In this document: positions 54,645 to 61,718 of the stretch, one piece after another
How the letters are laid out: each line of letters starts with the position of its first letter
Numbering within the stretch: the stretch's first letter is position 1
Assembly: GCA_937902125.1 (NCBI GenBank)
Contig: CALDIB010000032.1
Coordinates: 9,486-73,485, forward strand
Length of the DNA stretch: 64,000 bases
From: an uncultured Treponema sp.
Lineage (GTDB): Bacteria > Spirochaetota > Spirochaetia > Treponematales > Treponemataceae
Direction: 5' to 3'
Translations under genes and position numbers: made by a program
Notes under the pieces: model-generated
Seen by the model: the letters and a program-made list of their open reading frames with translations, nothing else
What the model was told of the DNA's origin: nothing
The model's database searches: none

Positions 54645-54986
54645 ATGCCGATGATTCAATCTAAAATTGCGGGAAGCGTTCCGCAAGAAAAGCGGGAAGC
54701 CCTTAAAGCGGAATTAGGAAAAGCCATTTCGATTTTGGGAAAGCCCGAAAGTTATTTGATGCTTTCAATTGAGGACGGCCAAGACTTGTATTTTGCCGGA
54801 AAGAAATTGGACAAGGGCGCCTATGTGGAGGTGAAGCTTTTAGGCGGCGTGGACTCGTCCGCAAGCCAAAAAATGACCCAGAAAATTTGCGAGATTTTTG
54901 ACAGGCTTTTGGGCGTTCCAGGCTCTTCGATTTATGTTTCGTATTGGGGAACCCAAAACTGGGGGCATGACGGCTATAATTTTTAG
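54645..54986 (+). CDS. MIF/tautomerase-superfamily protein
   Basis: MPMIQSKIAG... (Pro-1 after Met removal, as in MIF/phenylpyruvate tautomerase). SD GGGGGA upstream of ATG 54645. Confidence 0.65.
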   Translation: MPMIQSKIAGSVPQEKREALKAELGKAISILGKPESYLMLSIEDGQDLYFAGKKLDKGAYVEVKLLGGVDSSASQKMTQKICEIFDRLLGVPGSSIYVSYWGTQNWGHDGYNF

Positions 54987-55039
54987 CGCCAAGACTTCTT
55001 GACCAAAGGGCGGCCTTTCTGTTAAGATATTTGGCATTC

Positions 55040-55112
55040 GGGCCATTAGCTCAGCGGTTAGAGCAGAGGACTCATAATCCTTTGGTCCTAAGTTCAAATC
55101 TTAGATGGCCCA
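55040..55112 (+). tRNA. tRNA-Met (CAT), elongator type (lysidine-modified Ile2 not excluded)
   Basis: Acceptor GGGCCAT/ATGGCCC, D arm GCTC/GAGC, anticodon loop CTCATAA, T arm CTAAG-TTCAAAT-CTTAG, discriminator A. G1-C72 pairing argues against an initiator. Confidence 0.85.
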
Positions 55113-55148
55113 TTGCCCATTTTGCGTTGGCAGAATGGGCAATTTTTT
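55113..55148 (+). terminator. intrinsic terminator after tRNA-Met
   Basis: TTGCCCATT...AATGGGCAA stem followed by T6. Confidence 0.75.
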
Positions 55149-55269
55149 ATAATTTCCTATAGCCAAACGAACGAAGTTCGTATGGCCCAATAGTTTCGTA
55201 ACGAAGTGAGAAACTATATGTATATCACTTCCATTAGGACAAACGCCGCAAGGCGCATGGCCCAAACAT

Positions 55270-55296
55270 TGTCCGCTTTTGCGGACATTTTTTTTT
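55270..55296 (+). terminator. second intrinsic terminator, closing a ~140-nt non-coding segment
   Basis: TGTCCGC-TTTT-GCGGACA stem followed by T9. Confidence 0.7.
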
Positions 55297-55344
55297 CATA
55301 ATTTCCGAAAAGCGCGTTATAATAAAACCGTTCAAGGAGAATTT

Positions 55345-57129
55345 ATGAAAAAAAGAACAAGCGTCGATTTGGCCAACGAAAAATCGCTTTCAAAACTGAT
55401 GTTCAAGCTTTTGCCCATACAGGTTTTGCTTTCGTTGATTGTCGTGTTGAACGGAATCATCTCAAGCTTGTTCGCCAGCAATTTCATCGACATAAAGGCG
55501 ATGAGCGCCGTTGGCCTTTACGCGCCAATTCTCATGCTTTTAGGCTCCATAAATTTAATGCTTGTAAGCGGTTCTACGATTTTGTGCGGCGAATGCATGG
55601 GCAAAAACCAAATCCAAGAAATGCGGGGCGTGTTCTCTTTGGACATGGCGGCCACATTTTTTATCGCCCTTGTTTTTTCAATTGGAATTTTTTTGCTGGG
55701 AAAATTTCAGCTTGTGGGATTTTTCACCCATGAAGAAGAATTGCGCCCCGCTTTTTCCACATACTTGATTGGCCAGTCAATAGGCGTGATTCCATTTTTG
55801 TTCGGGAACCAGCTTTCTTCGTTTTTGTCCTTGGAAAACAAGATGCGGCGGAACATCGTTTCCAGCACCGCCTTTATAGTCTCGAATATTTTTTTCAACT
55901 TTTTGTTTGTTCAAAGAATGCAAATGGGCGTGTGGGGCCTTTCTTTGGCTTCGTCCTTGGCGGCTTGGGTTTTCTTTTTTGTCCAAGCTCCATGCTTTTT
56001 GACAAATAAAAGCCAGTTCAAGTTTTCCGCAAAAAACATTCATCTGAAAAACTTGGGCCAGATATTGAAGATTGGATGCCCAGGAGCGCTTTCAAACGGC
56101 TGCCAAACTTTGCGGGGCTTGATTGTAAACCGCTTGCTTGACATTTATGTCGGCGCCGCGGGAATCTCGGCCTTTTGCGCGGCCAACAGCCTTATGACTT
56201 TGGTTTGGTGCGTTCCCGCGGGAATGGTTTCAGTTTCAAGAATGGTGATGAGCGTTGGAATCGGCGAGGAAGACAGGACTGCGGTGGCCAATGTGATGCG
56301 GGTCATGTTCAAAAAATTCTGTCTCTTGAACAACATAATGGCCGCGGTCATAATCCTTTCCGCCGCGCCCTTGGCGAGTCTCTTTTACAAAGACGTTTCC
56401 TCAAGCGTGTTCATGATGACCGTTTGGGGCTTTAGGCTTTTGCCTCTCTCGCTTGCTCCTGGATCGATACTCCAGCATTTTGTTTGCTACGGACAGGCTT
56501 CGGGAAAATCAATTTTTGTTCAGTTGATTTCAGTTTTGGACGGAGTGGTTTTTGTTTCCTTGTGGACCGCTGCGCTCATTCCCGGTCTTGGAATGAACAG
56601 CGTTTATTGGGCCAATGTTTTGAACGGGCTTTGCGTGCTTGCGGTGATTCTTTTGCATTCCATTGTTTGCAACAAGGGCTTTCCAAAAAATATGGAAGAA
56701 TTGATGGTGATGCCAAGCGCTTTTGGCGCGCCGGAAAGCGAGCGTCTTGAGATGACCGTCAAGGGCATTGACGACGTTGTGAACCTTTCAAAAAAAGTTC
56801 AGGATTTTTGCCTTGAGCGCCGCGTTGACCAAAGGCGCGCCTTTTTGGCCGGCCTTTCCTTGGAGGAAATGGCGGGGAATGTTGTCAGCCACGGATTCAA
56901 CAAGGACAAAAAGAGCCATAGCCTTGAGGTTAGGGCGATTCATAAAGACCAAGACGTGATTTTGCGCGTCCGGGACGACTGCGTTTTGTTTGACCCCATG
57001 GCGCGCCTTAGTTCCCAAGTGGACGGCGATGTGTCCAAGAACATTGGAATCCGAATGGTTTGCGCCATGGCCAAGAGCGTCAACTGGCAAAGCATTTTTG
57101 GCTTGAATGTTCTTACGATAAAGATTTAG
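55345..57129 (+). CDS. MATE-like 12-TM transporter fused to a C-terminal GHKL/anti-sigma-kinase-like ATPase domain
   Basis: The N-terminal ~450 aa have MATE-like TM topology. The C-terminal ~140 aa read SLEEMAGNVVSHGF...VILRVRDDCVLFDP...IGIRMV (N-box / degenerate G-boxes). SD AAGGAG lies before ATG 55345. Confidence 0.7.
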   Translation: MKKRTSVDLANEKSLSKLMFKLLPIQVLLSLIVVLNGIISSLFASNFIDIKAMSAVGLYAPILMLLGSINLMLVSGSTILCGECMGKNQIQEMRGVFSLDMAATFFIALVFSIGIFLLGKFQLVGFFTHEEELRPAFSTYLIGQSIGVIPFLFGNQLSSFLSLENKMRRNIVSSTAFIVSNIFFNFLFVQRMQMGVWGLSLASSLAAWVFFFVQAPCFLTNKSQFKFSAKNIHLKNLGQILKIGCPGALSNGCQTLRGLIVNRLLDIYVGAAGISAFCAANSLMTLVWCVPAGMVSVSRMVMSVGIGEEDRTAVANVMRVMFKKFCLLNNIMAAVIILSAAPLASLFYKDVSSSVFMMTVWGFRLLPLSLAPGSILQHFVCYGQASGKSIFVQLISVLDGVVFVSLWTAALIPGLGMNSVYWANVLNGLCVLAVILLHSIVCNKGFPKNMEELMVMPSAFGAPESERLEMTVKGIDDVVNLSKKVQDFCLERRVDQRRAFLAGLSLEEMAGNVVSHGFNKDKKSHSLEVRAIHKDQDVILRVRDDCVLFDPMARLSSQVDGDVSKNIGIRMVCAMAKSVNWQSIFGLNVLTIKI

Positions 57130-57132
57130 CGC

Positions 57133-58365
57133 TCATTTGTAAATCAAGTAGGGCTTTCGCTTCTGCAAAAAAACTTTTATGTCGGAAAGCCATGTGTCGC
57201 GGATTTCCTCCTCGCTCATTCCGCTGTCAATTTGGCCAATCAGTTTGTCGTTTCCCCAAAGCCGCGCGAGGCCTTCTTTTTGGTCAACCATTTTTTGCGC
57301 AGAGCCGATTTTTTTTGCCATTTGGATAAAATATTTCAGCGTGAAAATTCCGTCAGGCTTTTCAAGTCCAAGACTGCTGGCCGCGGCATTGTCGGCCAAT
57401 CCATAAAGAGGCTCGGAAGTTAAATCGATTCCATAGCATTTTTTTCCTTTGAATTTTGGGTTTGTCGCCATTCCCTTTATGTCTTGCGGCGTGAAAACAT
57501 ATTGGCCAAAGGACTCGTCAGGGTATCCGATTGCGGTGAAGGGGTGAAGCGTTCCTCGCCCCTCGCTTATTACTGTCGCCTCAAAAAGGCATAAAAATGG
57601 ATAAAATCGGACGGCCCTGTGGCTTGGCAAATTGGGCGATGGCGGAACAGGAAGAACATACTCGCTTTTTCGCGTGTAGTTTTTTACTGGAATTACTGTC
57701 AAGTCGCATTTTGCCTTGTTTTCAAGCCAGCCCTCGCCGTTTATCATTTGGGCCAATTCTCCTGCGGTCATTCCGTATGCCAAAGGAATTGGATCAAGGC
57801 TTACAAAGGACTTCCATTTTTCATCCCTAATCGGTCCCGCGACGCAGTCAATGTTGGGATTGGGCCTGTCAAAAATGACAAGGGGAATGTTGTTCTCGGC
57901 GCAGGCTTCCATTATTAAATGCATTGTGCTTATGTAAGTGAAAAAGCGGGCGCCCACGTCTTGAATGTCGTAAACCACAATGTCAATGTCTTTTAGAAGT
58001 TCGGGCGAGGGCTTTAGTGATTTTCCGTAAAGAGAAAAAATTTTCACTCCTGTTTTTGTGTCCGTGTCGTTTTGAATTATTTCTCCTGCCTCGCCATTAC
58101 CCCTAAAGCCATGCTCGGGAGCGAAGATTTTAACGACATTGATTCCGTTTTGAATTAAAAAATCCAAGTCGTGAATCATTTTCTTTTTGCCGACTATTGA
58201 CGTGGCGTTTGCGGCTAGAGCGACGCGCTTTTTGTTTAAGATTTTTTTGTAAGCCTTGACTTGAGACGCTCCAACTTGGATTTCTTTTTTTTGTCCGCAA
58301 AAAATGGAGGCCGTCAAAAATAGCAGCGCCAACGATAAAAACTTCATTCGTCCTTTTGTCGTCAT
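57133..58365 (-). CDS. DUF1343 / NamZ-like exo-beta-N-acetylmuramidase family protein
   Basis: VKIFAPEHGFRGNGEAGE and overall length match the YbbC/NamZ family. Signal peptide present. ATGA overlap with the upstream gene. Confidence 0.7.
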   Translation of the reverse strand: MTTKGRMKFLSLALLFLTASIFCGQKKEIQVGASQVKAYKKILNKKRVALAANATSIVGKKKMIHDLDFLIQNGINVVKIFAPEHGFRGNGEAGEIIQNDTDTKTGVKIFSLYGKSLKPSPELLKDIDIVVYDIQDVGARFFTYISTMHLIMEACAENNIPLVIFDRPNPNIDCVAGPIRDEKWKSFVSLDPIPLAYGMTAGELAQMINGEGWLENKAKCDLTVIPVKNYTRKSEYVLPVPPSPNLPSHRAVRFYPFLCLFEATVISEGRGTLHPFTAIGYPDESFGQYVFTPQDIKGMATNPKFKGKKCYGIDLTSEPLYGLADNAAASSLGLEKPDGIFTLKYFIQMAKKIGSAQKMVDQKEGLARLWGNDKLIGQIDSGMSEEEIRDTWLSDIKVFLQKRKPYLIYK

Positions 58366-60419
58366 TTTAAAATCTCCTTGATTTTTTTTATTTCATCCGC
58401 GTCGCGCAATGGCGAAAGACGCTTGATTGACTGACGCGCGAGTTCCAGCGCTTCTTCAGAGCCGTCCGCCTTTGCCCTCCTGACAAACACTTCAAGAATT
58501 GAATAGGCCGCTTGAACAAGAGGGTGTCCTTTGTCAAAAATAGGAAGTCCTTCAACTGTTTCTTGCCTTAAAAGCCTGAATTTGTCGTGAACCATGTCTT
58601 CAAGCAAAAGAAGGCGGGCGCGTTTTTTGTCGGGCCCGTTGGTCATCCCTTCGTAAATCAATTGCGGAATCAATCCGTAATTGGCGCAAGAATAGTATGA
58701 GCCCTCAAAACTGTATGAGTATCGCTCTCGGTAGGGAGTGTTCCTTTTGCTGGTAAAATAAGCTAGCGCCAATTTTTGCTCTGGGTCAATCATCAATAGC
58801 GTTCCTGTCCAGCCGTTGTGACCGATGGTTCCTCTTGACGCGCTTTGTCCAAAATTCCACGAGCGGCGGTCGTCGCCTTCTCTGTACCAACCGATTCCCC
58901 AATTGGCGCGCTGGTCGCTTTGCGGCGCGGAAAAAGCGTCGAGAACGTCTTTTGAAAAATATTTGTTAAGTCCGTAGCCGCCGCAAAGCTGAGCCCAAAG
59001 CATTTTCACGCTTTCAGCGGCGGTTGAAAAAAGTCCGGCGTGGCCGGAAACACCCGCCATGGAATAGTAAGCCATCTCGTCGTGGACTTGCCCTTGGATT
59101 GTTTCTTCGCGGCCCAAAAAGTCAACGCAAGTTCCTCCTCGGCTGTTTCCCCTTAATTCCGTGGCCGCGCAATCGTCCTGCTCAAATCCGTTTTCAAGAG
59201 GGTTAAAGGCCGTGCGATTTAGTCCCATTGGATTCCAAAATGTTTTTTTGCAAAATTCATCCAGCGGCTCTCCCGTGATTTTTTCTATGGCAAAGCACAA
59301 AATGATGTAGTCAGCGTCCGAATACAAAACTTTTGTTCCAGGCTGGTACAGCAGCGGAGTTTTGCATACGGCTTCATACGTTTTTTGCCTAGTTTCTTGG
59401 TCGGCGCCGCAGCCTGAGTAAAGCTTGTTCTTTGGAGTTTGGTTTTCTTTTTCGCGTCCTTGAGTTTGCGAGTTGAAGTTTATGTTGTGGTAGGAAGGTC
59501 CGGCTGGAAATCCCGCGCGGTGGCAGGCCAAATCTCTGATTGTGACTTGCGACTTCCATTTTTTGATTTGTCCAAGCGAGGCGCCTGATCCTTTTTTGTA
59601 TTTTATGTTGATTGTCTTTTTGTAAAATTCGTCGCCCAAAATGTCGGATATTTTTGTGTCAAGGCTGATTTTTTTTTCTGAAATTAAAAACTCCAGCGCC
59701 ATGTTTGTGGCCAAGGCTTTTGTGCATGACGCCAAGTCAAACATTGTATGGACGCTTGTTTTTTTTCTTTCGTTTATTGGAATTGGATTTTGCTCGGAGT
59801 CATACGAGTTCAACCAACCCCATGAGTTTTGGTAAACCAAGCGGCCGTTTTTTGCCACGGCCAACTGAGCGTTTGGAAAGCCATGTTCAATGTCGGATTG
59901 GATTATTTCTGAAATCAAGTTGAAAGAGTCGCGGTCAAGTCCAGATGTTTCAAGGCTTTCTTCCAACAAAACGGAATGTGGAATGAAAATTTTTATTCCG
60001 TCCGAACTGTTGGCCGCTCTGATTGACGCGGCTTGCAAAGTGTTTTTTCCGTCCCGAGCGATTTTTGAAAAATCTATTTTGTAACTTTTTCCGCCCTTAA
60101 GTCGGGAACAGTCAAGGCTTTTTTGGTTTATGAAAAGGCTGAAGCTTGAGACGCTTTTTCCAACTTGCAAATAAAGCTCTCCTTGTCCGTGAAAAAATTC
60201 AAAGGCGTATAAACTGTTCAGCGAAAGAGAATCGTCGATTTCACCTTGACGGTCGGGAAATGTCAATTCCGCTTGCCAACTGCCTTCGGGAATTTCTGAT
60301 TCCGAAACCTTGAAAGTTTCTTGGCAAAAAGCCTTGCCGCAATTTAAAATAAAAAATATAAGCGCAGTTGACGCCGCGCGCTTGATGAAAGTTTTTTTTC
60401 TTGCCGTTTGAAAAAACAT
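58362..60419 (-). CDS. beta-lactamase-fold serine hydrolase (AmiE/YbbE-like) with extra N-terminal domain
   Basis: SxxK motif in FDLASCTKALATNMAL. 685 aa with signal peptide. Adjacent to the NamZ-like gene, as in B. subtilis ybbC-ybbE. Confidence 0.7.
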   Translation of the reverse strand: MFFQTARKKTFIKRAASTALIFFILNCGKAFCQETFKVSESEIPEGSWQAELTFPDRQGEIDDSLSLNSLYAFEFFHGQGELYLQVGKSVSSFSLFINQKSLDCSRLKGGKSYKIDFSKIARDGKNTLQAASIRAANSSDGIKIFIPHSVLLEESLETSGLDRDSFNLISEIIQSDIEHGFPNAQLAVAKNGRLVYQNSWGWLNSYDSEQNPIPINERKKTSVHTMFDLASCTKALATNMALEFLISEKKISLDTKISDILGDEFYKKTINIKYKKGSGASLGQIKKWKSQVTIRDLACHRAGFPAGPSYHNINFNSQTQGREKENQTPKNKLYSGCGADQETRQKTYEAVCKTPLLYQPGTKVLYSDADYIILCFAIEKITGEPLDEFCKKTFWNPMGLNRTAFNPLENGFEQDDCAATELRGNSRGGTCVDFLGREETIQGQVHDEMAYYSMAGVSGHAGLFSTAAESVKMLWAQLCGGYGLNKYFSKDVLDAFSAPQSDQRANWGIGWYREGDDRRSWNFGQSASRGTIGHNGWTGTLLMIDPEQKLALAYFTSKRNTPYRERYSYSFEGSYYSCANYGLIPQLIYEGMTNGPDKKRARLLLLEDMVHDKFRLLRQETVEGLPIFDKGHPLVQAAYSILEVFVRRAKADGSEEALELARQSIKRLSPLRDADEIKKIKEILK

Positions 60420-60425
60420 TCTTTA

Positions 60426-60455
60426 ATTATAGCGCTCTTTTTTTTGCTTGGACAA
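60426..60455 (-). promoter_or_regulatory. sigma70-like promoter, leaderless geometry (AmiE-like gene)
   Basis: Minus strand reads TTGTCC(60455-60450)-18 nt-TATAAT(60431-60426)-6 nt-ATG(60419). Confidence 0.55.
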
Positions 60456-60476
60456 GAGCTTTGTTTTTGCTATAGT
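60448..60476 (+). promoter_or_regulatory. sigma70-like promoter, leaderless geometry (N6-methyltransferase)
   Basis: TTGGAC(60448-60453)-17 nt-TATAGT(60471-60476)-6 nt-ATG(60483). Its -35 overlaps the divergent promoter's -35 (TTGGACAA). Confidence 0.55.
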
Positions 60477-60482
60477 AAAAGA

Positions 60483-61223
60483 ATGATTCGAATGGACACG
60501 CTTTCCAACGGCTATAAAATTTTTCAAGACGACAAGGCTTTTTGCTTTGGCGTTGACGCGATTTTGCTTTGCGCCTTTTCAAAAATGAAGAAGGGCGACA
60601 AGGCGATTGACCTTGGAACTGGAAACGGAATCATTCCTCTTGCATTGCAAAAAAAATCTTTGTCCTTGCGTTCGAGCCATAAAAAAAACGCCTGCCATTT
60701 TACCGGCCTTGAAATTCAAAAGCAAGCGGCGGATTTGGCCTATAGAAGCGTTTTGGAAAACGGCTTGGAAGATTCCATTGACATTGTTCATGGCGACATA
60801 AAGCGCGCGGATAAAATTTTTCCAAAGGCGTCCTTTGACGTTGTCCTTTCAAATCCGCCTTACATGAAAGTTCAAGCCGCCAAAGAAAATTCCAGCAAGG
60901 AAAAGACAATCGCGCGCCACGAACTTTTGTGTTCCTTGGACGACATAGTTGCCGCGGCGGCGTTCCTTGTAAAAGAGGGCGGAAGTTTTTTTATGATACA
61001 CAGGCCTTTTCGTTTGCAAGAAATATTTGACGCCTTTGCAAAGAATGGATTTTCGGCGCGGCGCGCTCGTTTTGTCTACCCCAGCGCAGACAAGGCTCCT
61101 GAGATGGTTTTGATTGAGGCTAGAAAAAATTTAAAAAAAGATTTAAAAATCGAGCCGCCGCTTGTGATGTATCAAGGCAGAAACAAGACAAAGGCTTTTA
61201 TTGACTATTGCTCGACTTGTTGA
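60483..61223 (+). CDS. SAM-dependent N6-adenine methyltransferase, tRNA (m6A37) TrmN6/YfiC-like
   Basis: AIDLGTGNGIIPL motif I and VLSNPPYMK (NPPY). Start at ATG 60483 (MIRMDTLSNGYKIFQDDKAF). Confidence 0.7.
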   Translation: MIRMDTLSNGYKIFQDDKAFCFGVDAILLCAFSKMKKGDKAIDLGTGNGIIPLALQKKSLSLRSSHKKNACHFTGLEIQKQAADLAYRSVLENGLEDSIDIVHGDIKRADKIFPKASFDVVLSNPPYMKVQAAKENSSKEKTIARHELLCSLDDIVAAAAFLVKEGGSFFMIHRPFRLQEIFDAFAKNGFSARRARFVYPSADKAPEMVLIEARKNLKKDLKIEPPLVMYQGRNKTKAFIDYCSTC

Positions 61224-61227
61224 ATTT

Positions 61228-61623
61228 TCACTTCGCCTCGTTTTTTAAGCAAGAGGAGCAGCCCACAATCATTACGTGTTTTTTTCTTTGGGTTTTGTTA
61301 AAAAGCCTGGCGACCAAATGTCCGTCTTGAGGGATTGTTTTTCCGCAAACTGGGCAAAGGCGTTTCACTCCCGGCTCGCAAATTGGATGACAGTGGGGGC
61401 AGCCAGTGATGACGCAGCGTTGGTCTGGAACGTTCATGGGCCTAAAAACTTTGCTGAACATGTTCTGCCCCTTTTGAAGGCCGGAGCCGCAAATGGGGCA
61501 GTTGACCAAAGCCGGCTTTTCCTCTTTTTTTGCGTAAGGCTTTTTTTTTCGCTTTGAAAAGGCAAAGTATGAGAGAGCGATTATTAGAATCGTTATGGCC
61601 AACAATAAAAAAAGAAATTCCAT
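61228..61623 (-). CDS. membrane-anchored Cys-rich zinc-ribbon protein
   Basis: N-terminal TM helix followed by CPICG...CPHCHPIC...CPVCG...CSSC (four CXXC pairs). No family recognised. Confidence 0.55.
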   Translation of the reverse strand: MEFLFLLLAITILIIALSYFAFSKRKKKPYAKKEEKPALVNCPICGSGLQKGQNMFSKVFRPMNVPDQRCVITGCPHCHPICEPGVKRLCPVCGKTIPQDGHLVARLFNKTQRKKHVMIVGCSSCLKNEAK

Positions 61624-61718
61624 TTGCCAAAGTTTAGCGCGAATTAAAAAAAATGTTTAGACGTTCGGACGCAAGTTAGTGGACGCTAATGTTTTTTTTT
61701 GCTATATTTAAATTGAAT

